Source: an uncultured delta proteobacterium
GTDB lineage: Bacteria; Myxococcota_A; Polyangia; Haliangiales; Haliangiaceae
Reading direction: 5' to 3'
DNA: 64,000 nt
Assembly (NCBI GenBank): GCA_963743525.1
Contig: CAVUQH010000003.1
Location: 576,001-640,000 of the forward strand
Shown here: piece after piece, positions 39,390 to 51,168 of the stretch
Position numbering within the stretch: position 1 is the first letter of the stretch
How the letters are laid out: each line of letters begins with the position of its first letter
Notes under the pieces: model-generated
The model's input: only the letters and a program-made list of their open reading frames with translations
Database searches by the model: none
What the model was told of the DNA's origin: nothing
Program-made: the position numbers and the translations under genes

Positions 39390-40592
39390 TCACTGGGCCA
39401 GGACCAGCGCCGCCTGGAGCAAGCCAACGGCGCCGCCGAGCACGCCGCCGATGACGATGAGGATCGCCTCGTCCTCCTCGAACACCCCGCGGAGCAGCCG
39501 CTCGAACTCGTCCTTGGGCAGCTGGGTCAGCTTCTCTTGAATGGTCGCGGCGACGTCGAGCTTGCGTTCGAGGTAGGCCTCGAGCTCCGGCTGCAGCTCG
39601 GGAATGGCTGCGAGCAGGCGCCCGACCACCACCGCTTTGATCTCTTCCAGCTTCGCCGGCGTCATCTCGATCGGCACCAGCGCCTGCGCCCTGGCGGTCA
39701 GCGTCTCCAGCTCCGCCGACAGCGTCGTCACCACGATGTCGGCGATACGCTCGCCGGCCTCGCCCTCGGAGACCAGGCGGATGAGGTTCTTCGGCGTCAG
39801 GATCTCGTCGGCGGCGAGCCGCGCGTAGTCCTGAGAGATCTGTAGCTGGCGCTTGGGGAACATCCCCTGGTAGGTGACGAACAGATAGCGCGTCGGCTCC
39901 ATCGGCCGGAAGATCATCTGGATGGCCAGGTAGTTGGTGACCAGGCCGACGATGACCCCGACGATCGGCATCAGCCACCAGACCTGCATCCAGTTCCACA
40001 CCGCGACCTGACCCAGGCCGATGATGAAGCCGAAGACGCCGCCGTAATACTCGATGAACTTCAGCTCGCGCGCGCCGATCTCCTGGAACAGTCGCACCAG
40101 CTTGTCGGTGTTTTCGCCCGACAGCTCGTTCACCACCAGCTGCTTGAGATCGAGCAGCTCGTCCGACACGCCCTGCAGGCGGTCGAAGATCTCACGGGCG
40201 ATCCGCTTCGACTCGAGGCGAACCTGGCCGATGATCATCTGCCGCGCCGGCTCGGGCAGCGTGTCCCACGCGCCCGGCTGCAACCGCTCGGCAGCCTCGC
40301 GCACGATCGGCTCGGTCTCGTGTTCGAGTGACGCCTCGAACAACTGCTCCATCTCTTCCGGGTCGAGACGCTCGGCCAGCTCGCGGGCGCTCAGCAGCTT
40401 GCTGGTGATGGTGTCGGCCACGCCCGACGCGAACTTCTTCGCGTTGCGCGGCAGGATGCCCTGCCAGCCCACGGGGCCGATGCCGAGGAACCGGGCCGGC
40501 TGGAAAATCATCTTCACCGCCGCCCAGTTGGTGACCCAGCCGATGATGGCCGTGATCACGGGGACGGTGACGAACAGGAGCAGAACCGACAT
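39390..40592 (-). CDS. DUF445-family membrane protein (internally duplicated)
   Basis: [21 protein letters not shown] and [24 protein letters not shown]. Confidence 0.85.
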   Translation of the reverse strand: MSVLLLFVTVPVITAIIGWVTNWAAVKMIFQPARFLGIGPVGWQGILPRNAKKFASGVADTITSKLLSARELAERLDPEEMEQLFEASLEHETEPIVREAAERLQPGAWDTLPEPARQMIIGQVRLESKRIAREIFDRLQGVSDELLDLKQLVVNELSGENTDKLVRLFQEIGARELKFIEYYGGVFGFIIGLGQVAVWNWMQVWWLMPIVGVIVGLVTNYLAIQMIFRPMEPTRYLFVTYQGMFPKRQLQISQDYARLAADEILTPKNLIRLVSEGEAGERIADIVVTTLSAELETLTARAQALVPIEMTPAKLEEIKAVVVGRLLAAIPELQPELEAYLERKLDVAATIQEKLTQLPKDEFERLLRGVFEEDEAILIVIGGVLGGAVGLLQAALVLAQ

Positions 40593-40647
40593 TTGCGGCC
40601 GCTGTATAGCAGGTCCTTCGCTGCGGCGAACCTGCTAGAGTCCGACC

Positions 40648-41181
40648 GTGAGCAGATCGACCGTCGTGTTGACCGTGATTGGCGAGGACCGGCCCGGGTT
40701 GGTCGGCCTGCTGTCGCAGACCGTGGCCGAGCTAGGCGGCAACTGGGAAGAGAGCCGCATGGCGCGGCTCGGCGGCCGGTTTGCCGGAATCCTCCGGGTC
40801 AGTATCGAGCCCGAACGGGTCGACGCCCTGGTCGAGGCTCTGCAGTCGCTGGCCGGCAAGGGCGTGCGCGTCATCGTCGAGCCGGGTGGCGAAGGGAGCC
40901 TGCCCGAGGGACACCGCCGGCTGCGCGTGTCGCTGCTCGGCCAGGACCGCACCGGCATCATCCGCGACATCTCGGCGGCACTGGCCTCGCGCGGTGTCAA
41001 CGTCGAGTCGCTGGAGACGCAGTGTGAAGAGGCGCCGATGGGCGGCGGCGAGCTGTTCCGCATGGTCGCCGAGATCGCAGTGCCGGCGTCGCTGGCAACC
41101 GGTGACCTGCGCGCGGCGCTCGAGAACCTGGGCAACGATCTGATGGTCAACATCGCCCTCCGCGACGACGTCGAGTCGTAG
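40648..41181 (+). CDS. GcvR-like double ACT-domain protein
   Basis: VIGEDRPGLV...SRMARLGGRFA and LGQDRTGIIR. Confidence 0.88.
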   Translation: MSRSTVVLTVIGEDRPGLVGLLSQTVAELGGNWEESRMARLGGRFAGILRVSIEPERVDALVEALQSLAGKGVRVIVEPGGEGSLPEGHRRLRVSLLGQDRTGIIRDISAALASRGVNVESLETQCEEAPMGGGELFRMVAEIAVPASLATGDLRAALENLGNDLMVNIALRDDVES

Positions 41182-41183
41182 CC

Positions 41184-41855
41184 GTGGACGATCCCCGGGC
41201 AGTTATTCGCCGGGTGTACCGGAAGGTCGATGACGGCTTCTGGATCCCGCAAAACGAGGAGCACCAGATCCTCGCGGCAGCGAGCTCGCCGACCTACGGC
41301 GAGATGACGCCGACCTCGGTGCGGCGCCTGGCCGAGCACCTCGAGCTGGGGCCGCTCGACGTCTTCTACGACCTCGGGTCGGGCGTCGGCAAGGTGATCA
41401 ACCAGATCGCCATCAGCGCACCGGTGGCCCGCTGCGTGGGCGTCGAGCTGTCGCCGTCGCGGGTGCGCACCGCGCGCACGGTGTTGCGGCAGCTGCGCGC
41501 CGACGGGCTGGTCCGCGCGGCGCAGGTCAGCTTTCGCCAGCAGGATATCCTCGCCGCGCGCCTGCGCGACGCCACTGTGGTCTACACCTGCTCGACCGCG
41601 TTTCCGTGGACCTTCCTCGGCGCGCTGTGCAACAAGGTCGCCGGGCTGGGCAAGGCGCTGACGTTCGTCAGCGTGCAGGAGCTGGTGCCGCGCGCCGACT
41701 TCGAGTTGCAGGCGACGCTGCGCCTGGACATGACCTGGCAGCGGCGCGACTACGTCTACGTCTATCGCGTCACGCCGGACTCGGCGCAGGCGGGATCGAG
41801 TAGGTCACGGTCGCGTGCGCGACCGGCTCGTCCTCGCCCTCGCTCGCGATCGTGA
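41184..41855 (+). CDS. SAM-dependent methyltransferase, DOT1-like
   Basis: TYGEMTP...DVFYDLGSGVGK...GVELS. Confidence 0.75.
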   Translation: MDDPRAVIRRVYRKVDDGFWIPQNEEHQILAAASSPTYGEMTPTSVRRLAEHLELGPLDVFYDLGSGVGKVINQIAISAPVARCVGVELSPSRVRTARTVLRQLRADGLVRAAQVSFRQQDILAARLRDATVVYTCSTAFPWTFLGALCNKVAGLGKALTFVSVQELVPRADFELQATLRLDMTWQRRDYVYVYRVTPDSAQAGSSRSRSRARPARPRPRSRS

Positions 41856-42192
41856 CCTGACCGACGGCAAGGCGCGCACCCAGCTTGAGGATCTCGGCCT
41901 CGGCGACGACGTCGTGATCGGGCGACGGCCGGCGGAGGAAGTTGATGTTGAGGTTGGTGGTGACCGCCAGCGCCACCGGACCGAGCGACGCCAGCACGGC
42001 GAAGTACATTGCGGTGTCGGTCAGCGCCATCAGCGTCGGCCCGGAGACGGTGCCGCCCGGGCGCAGGTGGTGGTCGGCGACCGGCAGGCGGACGGTCGCC
42101 CGGCGGTGGGCGACGGCGTCGATGACCCAGCCCAGGGAGCGGGCCTGGGGGAAGGTCTGGTCAATGAAGCGCTCGATCTCGGCAGCGGTCAT
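41770..42192 (-). CDS. PaaI-family (hotdog) thioesterase
   Basis: HLRPGGTVSGPTLMALTD, AVTTNLNINFLR, VAHATVTYSIP. Confidence 0.9.
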   Translation of the reverse strand: MTAAEIERFIDQTFPQARSLGWVIDAVAHRRATVRLPVADHHLRPGGTVSGPTLMALTDTAMYFAVLASLGPVALAVTTNLNINFLRRPSPDHDVVAEAEILKLGARLAVGQVTIASEGEDEPVAHATVTYSIPPAPSPA

Positions 42193-42289
42193 GGGTGGCT
42201 CCCAGGCTCGCACAGATTGGGCATTTGTGCGCAGAATCCTTGTTATTTCAGTGGGTTGACTGGGCAGTGCGTGTCCCCTTTTTGTCTTG

Positions 42290-42308
42290 TGTAAAGTGAC
42301 ACTTGACA
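42290..42308. promoter_or_regulatory. Imperfect palindromic operator overlapping TTGACA
   Basis: TGTAAAGTG-A-CACTTGACA (8/9 symmetric) in the AT-rich gap between divergent genes. Confidence 0.6.
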
Positions 42309-42338
42309 GATGGTCCACTCCCGGGGAGAGTGGGAACC

Positions 42339-43522
42339 ATGGCAAGGGCATTGCGCGAGCGAGTGCGGCAGATGCGGCGGGACGTGCGGGTGCTGGCGGC
42401 CGGGCTGATGGGCCGGCACCGGGTACCGCTGGTGGCGCGGGGACCGCGACGCGCGGCAATGCCGTCGGCCAGCGCGCAGACGGCGCGACGGCTGCACGTG
42501 GTCAACCGAGTGATGGAGACCTCCGACGCGGTCAGCCTGGTGCTGGCGGATCCGACCGGTGCGCCGATCGAGTTCGTGCCCGGGCAGTTCTTCACCGTGC
42601 TGGTACAGGTCGGCGGGCGCGAGCTCCGCCGCGCGTACTCGGCGTCGAGCGATCACCGCGACGCCGGCCAGGTGCGGTTGACGATCAAGCGGGTCTCCGG
42701 CGGCGCGGCGTCCGGGCGTTTGATCGACGACACCAGGGTTGGCGACGAGCTGCGGCTGTTGGGGCCGTCGGGATCGTTTACCTGCGCACCGGAGCCGGAT
42801 GCCGCGCGCCACCTGGTGCTGATCGCCGGTGGCTCGGGGATCACGCCGCTGTATTGCATCGCGCTGGCAATCGCCGAGGGCGAGCCGGGATCGCGGGTGA
42901 CCGTGCTGTACGGCAACCGCAGCATCGAGGAGGTCATCTTCCTCGCCGATCTGGAACAGCTGCAGGCGCGCCACGGCGATCGCGTGGTCGTGCGCCAGGT
43001 GCTGGAGCAGCCGCCCGACGATTGGGACGGCGGCACCGGCCGGCTCGATGCCGACACGGTGGCCGGCGAGCTGGATCGGATCGCCGGCGACGATCGACCG
43101 GTCGGCTACTGGGTGTGTGGTCCCGAGCCGATGATGGTGGCAGTGCGCGAGGCGCTGGCTGCGCGCGGTGTGCCGGCGGCCGACATCCGCGAGGAGCGAT
43201 TCACCGGCCCGCAACGTCGGGCGACCGCGGCGCCGGGGTCGGCGATCGGTGCGGTACACGGCGCGCGCATCAGCCGCGGCGGCACCACCCGCGAGGTCGC
43301 GGTGGCGCCGGGCCAGACGCTGCTCGACGCCGGGCTCGCGGCCGGAGTGCCGATGGAGTTTTCCTGCGCGATGGGCGGCTGCGGCGCCTGTCGGGTCAAG
43401 CTGACCGCCGGTGAGGTCGACAGCGACGAGCCCAACTGCCTGACGCCGTCCGAGCGCGCCGACGGCTACGTCCTCGCCTGCGTGTCGCGGCTGTGCACCG
43501 ACGTGACCGTGGAGGCCGACTG

Positions 43523-43523
<1 letters not shown>
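42339..43523 (+). CDS. FAD/NAD(P)H reductase with C-terminal 2Fe-2S ferredoxin (PaaE/KshB-type)
   Basis: PGQF, RAYS, AGGSGITP, CGPEPMM, SCAMGGCGAC, LACVS. Confidence 0.92.
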
Positions 43524-44236
<713 letters not shown>

Positions 44237-44254
44237 TCGCCCCGGAGGTATCTC

Positions 44255-45439
<1,185 letters not shown>

Positions 45440-45505
45440 TCGGCGACCCTCCCCGGCCGATCCGCGCTACTATTCGTACTCGGGGGACTGTTCCAGTCCG
45501 GGCGG

Positions 45506-47776
45506 GTGCGCATGGACGTTCGCTGCAAGTACTGCCACGTCGAATACGAAGTCGATGGCGATCGGCCGGTGGGAACGGTCATGCAGTGCATCAACTGCGG
45601 ACTGCCGGTGCAGATCCGCGCGCCGGAGGCTGATGTAGAAGCCGAGAGCGCCGCGGAGGCGAGTGCCGCGCCGGCGCCCGAGCCTGCGCCCGCGCCCGAA
45701 CCTGCGCCCGAACCTGCGCCCGCGCCCGAGCCTGCGCCCGCGCCTGCGCCTGCGCCTGCGCCCGAGCCTGCGCCTGAGCCCGCGCTCGAGGCCACCGAGG
45801 CCCCGGCCGACGACGATATCGAGGAGATCGATCCCAGCGAGGCGATCGAGGAGTCCGACGGCGTGCCCACCGCCGGCCCTCCGCCGTCCGGCCGCGCACC
45901 CACCGAAGGCCCGGCGCGCGTTCGCCACTGGATGGTGCGGGAGCCCGGCGGCGAGGTGCGCGCGGTCCCCGAGCTGACGACGCTGCAGAAATGGATCTTC
46001 ACCGGCCTGGTGACTCGCGAGTGGGAGATCTCGATCGGCGGCGACACCTGGAAACCGCTGGGCAACATCGGCGAGCTCGAGCCGTTCTTCGGCTTCGCCG
46101 AGGAGGCGCACGAGGCCTGGGATCAGTCCGGCCCGCACAAGGCGCCGCCGCGCCCGCCGCCGCGCCGGCCCGCCCTCGGTGAGCGCGAGGACAGCGCGGT
46201 CGAGCTCGACGTCAGCGAGCTGGAGGAGATCTCAGACGACCGGCCGCGCGGTGCGCGCGCGGCGACGATGCAGGGGATGCCGCCGCCGGTGCCGCCCGCG
46301 CCGGTGTCGATGGGCGGCTGGGGGCTGACCGGTGACGAGGACGTGTTCGACGAGCTCCATCCTGAGTTGGCCAGCCTCGCCGGTCCGGCGCCCGTGCCCG
46401 AAGAACCGCCCGAGCCGGTCCGACCCGAGCTGGCGATTCGCGACACCCCGGAGCCGGAAAAACCGATCAGCGAGCCGTCGGAGAAGCGCAGCTGGACGGC
46501 GGTTGCCGTCATCACCGTGGTCGCTGCCGTCGCCGTCTACTGGTTCGGCTTCCGCGACCGCGGGCAACCGCGCGACGCCGCGCTCGCACCGCCCCAGGTG
46601 GTCGACCGCGCCGAGGCGCCGCCGGCGGCGATGCCGATCGACGCCGCGGTCATCCCGTCGGCGCCCGAGTTGGTGACGATGGCCAGCAACGCGATCCTGG
46701 CCGGTGACGAGAGCGGGCTGCGCGACGCGCGGTTGCACCTGGGCGAGCTGCCGGCCGCGAGCACCGATCCGCAGCTGCTGGCGACCCGCTCCCGGGTCGC
46801 TGCGGCGCTGGCGCAGGTGATCCTCGATCGCGCGGCGATCGCCGGCAAGGCCGACGCCAAGGATCGCGAGGTCGAGTCGCTGTTGACCGAGGCGGTTTCG
46901 CGCGCCGATGAGGGGCTGGCGCTGGCCGCCGGTGATCCGACGCTCACCGTGGCGCGCGCCGACGGCCTGCGCCTTACCGGAGCGCCGGCCGGCGAGGTGC
47001 GCAAGCTGCTGGGCACCCGCGGTGGCGATCCGATCGAGGTCGCTCTGGTGCAGTCGGCGCTGTACGAGCGAGACGGCGACATGCGTCGCGCTCGCCGGTC
47101 CGTCGAAGGGGTGCTCGCCGATGCCGACGCGGCCGGCGATCCGCGCCCGCGCTTCCGTATGGCGCTGGATCGCTTCCGCGCCAACGAGCTGTCCGAAGCC
47201 GAGGCCGCCCTCGGCCATCTGCTCGAAGAGCGACCGGGTCACGCCGGCGGCAAGGCGCTGAAACAGGCCATCGCCGACGCGCGCGAGAAGGCGCGCACGC
47301 AGCCGGTCGTGGCGGTCACACCCCAGCCACCGCGTGACGACACCTTCGTCGCCATGGTTCACGACGCCGAGAAGAAGGCCGACGATGGCGACTGCCCCGG
47401 GGCCCTGGCGATCTACGAGCGAGCGCGTCTGCTCAAGCCGCGGTCGATCACCGTGCTCAACGGCATGGGCTACTGCTACATCGACAGTCGCCAGTTCGCG
47501 AGCGCGCACTCGCGCTTCAACGAGGCGCTGTCGATCTCGCCCAACAACGCCGACTCGATGGTCGGCATCGCCGAGGCCTATACCCAGCAGGGGCTCAAGG
47601 ATCAGGCGATCCGTGTCTACCAGCGGCTGCTGGCCAGCCAGCCGGGCGGCAGCTACGGCAAGATCGCGCGCCGGCAGATCCAGGAGCTCGGCGGCGTCAT
47701 TCCGCCGCCGCCCGCCCCGGAGAAGGTCAGCAAGACCGACGCCGGCGCCGACGCCGGCGCCGAAGCGCAGCCGTAG
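45506..47776 (+). CDS. Zinc-ribbon / GYF-like / TM / TPR membrane protein
   Basis: CKYC..CINC ribbon, PAPE repeats, LQKWI...WKPLGNIGELEPFF, single TM, C-terminal TPRs. Confidence 0.8.
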   Translation: MRMDVRCKYCHVEYEVDGDRPVGTVMQCINCGLPVQIRAPEADVEAESAAEASAAPAPEPAPAPEPAPEPAPAPEPAPAPAPAPAPEPAPEPALEATEAPADDDIEEIDPSEAIEESDGVPTAGPPPSGRAPTEGPARVRHWMVREPGGEVRAVPELTTLQKWIFTGLVTREWEISIGGDTWKPLGNIGELEPFFGFAEEAHEAWDQSGPHKAPPRPPPRRPALGEREDSAVELDVSELEEISDDRPRGARAATMQGMPPPVPPAPVSMGGWGLTGDEDVFDELHPELASLAGPAPVPEEPPEPVRPELAIRDTPEPEKPISEPSEKRSWTAVAVITVVAAVAVYWFGFRDRGQPRDAALAPPQVVDRAEAPPAAMPIDAAVIPSAPELVTMASNAILAGDESGLRDARLHLGELPAASTDPQLLATRSRVAAALAQVILDRAAIAGKADAKDREVESLLTEAVSRADEGLALAAGDPTLTVARADGLRLTGAPAGEVRKLLGTRGGDPIEVALVQSALYERDGDMRRARRSVEGVLADADAAGDPRPRFRMALDRFRANELSEAEAALGHLLEERPGHAGGKALKQAIADAREKARTQPVVAVTPQPPRDDTFVAMVHDAEKKADDGDCPGALAIYERARLLKPRSITVLNGMGYCYIDSRQFASAHSRFNEALSISPNNADSMVGIAEAYTQQGLKDQAIRVYQRLLASQPGGSYGKIARRQIQELGGVIPPPPAPEKVSKTDAGADAGAEAQP
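45670..45783 (+). repeat. Low-complexity (P-A-P-E)n coding repeat
   Basis: CCTGCGCCCGAR / CCCGCG units. Confidence 0.85.
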
Positions 47777-47778
47777 CC

Positions 47779-48921
47779 CTAGAAGGCGAACACCAGGCTG
47801 CCGCCGGTGACCAGGGCGGTGTCGAACGACTTGCCCAGCAGGCCGGTCAGTCGGGTGTTGAGGTTGACCAGGAAGTACTGATTCTTGAACAGCTCGACCC
47901 CGGCGGTGCCGGCAAAGACGAACTTCGATCCGCCGAGGTAGCCGTAGCCGACGCGCAGGCCGAGGTACGGGTTGAGGAAGCGCCGCTTGCCGCGGCCGAG
48001 GAAGTCGGAGTAGATGCTGCCGCCTCCGGTCGCGAGCACGGCGGTTTTCTCTCCGTCCTTGGCCGGGAACAGATCCAGCTCGAGGGTCGCCCGGCCCTCG
48101 GCCTTGTCCTTGCCGCCGGGGGTGATGGTGTGGATCACCAGACCGGCGCCGAGGCGGTTGCGCGAGCGCGTGCCCGGATTGAACAGGGTCAGCACGGTGC
48201 CGCGCGCGCCGGGGTAGAGCTTGGCCTCGGGCCCGAGCACGGCACCTTCGCGCCGCTGCAAGCTGATGTGCATGGTCGCGAACGCCACCCGATCCTTGAG
48301 CCACCGCTGCTCGCCTTTGATCTTCTCGATCTCCCCGCGCAGGCGGGTCATCTCGTTTTCGATCGCCAGGACGTCCTTCATCTCGAGTCCTTGGCGGTCG
48401 AGGAGCGAGCGCAGCCGCTGCAGTGTCAGGGTCAGGTTCTCCAGCGCGATCTGCTGGTCGAACAGCTGTCGCGACACGTCGGTGCCCTGCACCCGCTTGT
48501 CGCGGATCTCGCCCAGGCTGGCCACCCAGCCGACGAAGCCGTCGACCTCGCCCGGGGGCATGCGCAGATCGAGGGTGCCGGTCCACGATTCGTGGGCGCC
48601 GCTGAGGTTTTCGTTGGTGACCCGCCCACCGGCGGCCTCGACTCGCTTGCGGATGTCGGCGGCGGCGTCTTGCACGTTGTTGACGCCCATCGTGAGCCAG
48701 CCCTCGATCATCAGCTGCTCGGGCAGCGTGGCCGAGGCGCCGGCTTGGGCGGTGGTGTTGCCGCCGCCGGCGGTTCCGACCGACGCGACCACCGGCCCGG
48801 GAGCAGGGGCCATGGCCGGGGCGGCCACGCTGCGTTGTGTCCCGCCGGCGGCACAACCGGTGATCAGGACGAGCGCGAGGGCCGCGCGGACAGGGGATGC
48901 GAGTCGGTGCAGCTCGGGCAT
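47779..48921 (-). CDS. DUF4349-domain lipoprotein with beta-rich C-terminus
   Basis: ITGC lipobox; GGRVTNE, DVSRQLFD, VLAIENEMTRLRGEIE...LKDRVAFAT; ends SLVFAF. Confidence 0.8.
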   Translation of the reverse strand: MPELHRLASPVRAALALVLITGCAAGGTQRSVAAPAMAPAPGPVVASVGTAGGGNTTAQAGASATLPEQLMIEGWLTMGVNNVQDAAADIRKRVEAAGGRVTNENLSGAHESWTGTLDLRMPPGEVDGFVGWVASLGEIRDKRVQGTDVSRQLFDQQIALENLTLTLQRLRSLLDRQGLEMKDVLAIENEMTRLRGEIEKIKGEQRWLKDRVAFATMHISLQRREGAVLGPEAKLYPGARGTVLTLFNPGTRSRNRLGAGLVIHTITPGGKDKAEGRATLELDLFPAKDGEKTAVLATGGGSIYSDFLGRGKRRFLNPYLGLRVGYGYLGGSKFVFAGTAGVELFKNQYFLVNLNTRLTGLLGKSFDTALVTGGSLVFAF

Positions 48922-48970
48922 ATCGCCTGCGAAACGCAGGCGACCGGCCCAGCTTACAGCCGGGCGGTTG

Positions 48971-49555
48971 CTAGCCGCGGATCAGACGCAGCAGGCTGGA
49001 CAGCATGTCGAAGGTCAGACCCCAGATGACCTGGCCGTCGTAGCGCCAGCACGGCAGGTCGAGGCGCAGCGGACCCTTGCGGTAGGGATAGCGGTCGTCG
49101 AGCTCGCCGGCGGCGGCGCGGGCCAGAGGCAGCCAGAACACCTCGGCGGCCTCGCGGCTGGGGCGCGGCTGCTCCGGATGCTCCTCGACGAAGACGAACG
49201 GCGTGATGCTCATCGGCAGGATCTTGCCGCGGGCGATCGCGCGCACCGAATCGATCTGACCCAGCAGCCGGGCGCTGGCGTCGAGGTCGACGCCGACCTC
49301 CTCGCGGGTCTCGCGGACCGCGGTGGCGACCAGGGACGGATCCGACTGCTCTTCGCGTCCGCCGGGGAACGACACGTGTCCCGACCAGCGATCGCCGGCG
49401 ACCTCGGCGCGGCGCATCAGCAGCACCTCGGGCGACTGGTTCAGGTAGCGCAGCAGCACCGCAACCGCCGCCCGCCGAGGCGCGGTCGCGCGCGAGTGCG
49501 AGACCGGCTCGTGTTGGGTGATGCGCGCGCTGAGGTGCTCGAGGGACAGGTCCAT
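48971..49555 (-). CDS. Nudix CoA pyrophosphatase
   Basis: AAVAVLL, WSGHVSFPGG...TAVRETREEVG, IWGLT. Confidence 0.9.
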   Translation of the reverse strand: MDLSLEHLSARITQHEPVSHSRATAPRRAAVAVLLRYLNQSPEVLLMRRAEVAGDRWSGHVSFPGGREEQSDPSLVATAVRETREEVGVDLDASARLLGQIDSVRAIARGKILPMSITPFVFVEEHPEQPRPSREAAEVFWLPLARAAAGELDDRYPYRKGPLRLDLPCWRYDGQVIWGLTFDMLSSLLRLIRG

Positions 49556-49682
49556 GAGGTCGTGATCAGTGTACCCGCTGCGCCCCGCGATGCCGCCTGC
49601 CAGATCGGGCTGGCACGGGCAAGAAAGCGGCGCCGATCGCCGGGATTTTGCGCGCCGTCGGCGGCCATCCTACGATGGCGGA

Positions 49683-50051
49683 ATGAGAGCAACGGAACGT
49701 CGCAGGCGGCGCAGCGAGGTGCGGAGAGAGGCGATTGCGCTTCAGCTCGAGTCCTCGCGTCGGGCCGCAAAGCTGAACGCCATGGTCCTGGCCGATGAGG
49801 ACGGGCTGTGCGTGGCCTCCTCGGGTGACATGCCCAACGACGAGATCGCCGTCTACACGGCGATGCTCGGCAACAAGGTCGAGAACTTCGAGGGGATCCT
49901 GTACTCGAAGGACAACCGCTTCAACGTGCGCATCCGCCGCTTCAGCCTGGGCGACCAGCGGCTGTTCCTGTGCGCGGTCGGCGGCGGCGGCGAGGCCCGC
50001 GCCAACGAGATCCAGCGCTCGCTGGGCGGCGTCCGGCGCATTCTCGCGTAG
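49683..50051 (+). CDS. Roadblock-like small protein
   Basis: LNAMVLADEDGLCVASSG; GVRRILA end. Confidence 0.6.
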   Translation: MRATERRRRRSEVRREAIALQLESSRRAAKLNAMVLADEDGLCVASSGDMPNDEIAVYTAMLGNKVENFEGILYSKDNRFNVRIRRFSLGDQRLFLCAVGGGGEARANEIQRSLGGVRRILA

Positions 50052-50073
50052 AGAGCCGTCAGCGTCAGCGCAG

Positions 50074-51042
50074 CTACTTCTTGCGCAGGATGTCGGGTAC
50101 CTCGTCGTCGATGACGTTGCCGCGCTTGTCGGTCTTCTCGACCATCTTGAACGGCTTTTCTTTCACCTGCCGCTTCACCGGCCGGCGTCGCTGAGGCCTG
50201 CGCTCGGGCTTGCGCTCGGCGCGGCGGGGCTCCGTGCGGCGCGGCTCGGTGCGGCGCGGCGCCCGTCGTACGGCGCGGCGCGGCTCGGTGCGGCGCGGCG
50301 CCCGTCGTACGGCGCGGCGGGGCGCGGCGCGGCGCGGCGGCCGCTTCACGGCGCGGCGGACGCGCCTGTCGGTGCGCGAGCGCCGTGCGGTGCGGCGGCG
50401 CTCGACCGCGCGACCGGGTTTCGCGGCCCGGCTGCGGCTGAGCTCTCGGCTGCGCTGCACCGCGCGGCTGCGGCGCACGCGGCGCGGCTTGCTGGCGGTG
50501 CGGGTCTTCTTCCTGGCAACCGGCCGCCGCGGTTCGCTGCGGACGACCGCGCGGGTCGGCTCGGAGCGCTGCATCACCCGGGCGCGGGCGATGGTCTTGC
50601 CCAGCTTGCGCGACAGCTTGCGCAACAGACCGCTCGACATCGAGCGATCGCGCAGCGACACCGCGAAGCCCTTGAGCAGCTCGCCGTCGGCGCCGGAGAA
50701 GATGCGCAGGTGGAGGATGTAGCGACCGCTGCGCTGCTCCACCCGGCCGCCGACCACCGCGTCGGCTTCGATCGCGTGGGAGACGCGGGCGACGTGGGGC
50801 GCCTTGAAGGTTTCGGCGTGCATTCTCCGCGCGGCTCGCTCGTAGGCGCGCGACGACACCAGCTCGAAGCGGTCTTCGAGGGCGTCGCGGATGTCTTCGC
50901 TGAGCATCGTCAACCGGGTGCCGGCGAAGTCGAGGACCACCACCCGGCGCTCGGCCCGTGCGGGCGATGCACCGCCCGCGACCGTCCCGGCGCCGATGGC
51001 CAGGAGGATGGCGAGCCGGAGGGCGGAGGCCTGGTTCCTCAT
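50074..51042 (-). CDS. Exported protein with alpha/beta N-domain and extremely Arg-rich repetitive C-region
   Basis: Signal peptide ending PARA; VVVLDF...ADAVVGGRV...LRIFSGADG; 39-bp tandem repeat RRAVRRAPRRTEP at 50241-50318. Confidence 0.72.
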   Translation of the reverse strand: MRNQASALRLAILLAIGAGTVAGGASPARAERRVVVLDFAGTRLTMLSEDIRDALEDRFELVSSRAYERAARRMHAETFKAPHVARVSHAIEADAVVGGRVEQRSGRYILHLRIFSGADGELLKGFAVSLRDRSMSSGLLRKLSRKLGKTIARARVMQRSEPTRAVVRSEPRRPVARKKTRTASKPRRVRRSRAVQRSRELSRSRAAKPGRAVERRRTARRSRTDRRVRRAVKRPPRRAAPRRAVRRAPRRTEPRRAVRRAPRRTEPRRTEPRRAERKPERRPQRRRPVKRQVKEKPFKMVEKTDKRGNVIDDEVPDILRKK

Positions 51043-51054
51043 GGCCGTTGGAAC

Positions 51055-51070
51055 TGCAACCCCGGGGCCG
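51055..51070 (-). promoter_or_regulatory. Possible sigma54 promoter (near-leaderless transcript) for the Arg-rich gene
   Basis: Minus strand CGGCCCCGGGGTTGCA = GG-N10-GC, 13 nt before the ATG. Confidence 0.4.
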
Positions 51071-51168
51071 CTCATAACTATTCGATTTTACTTGGTCGGC
51101 CATGTGGGCCGTTGGGGCACACGCTCCCACTTCGTCGACTCGGGCCCCCACCATTACTATGGGCGTCC

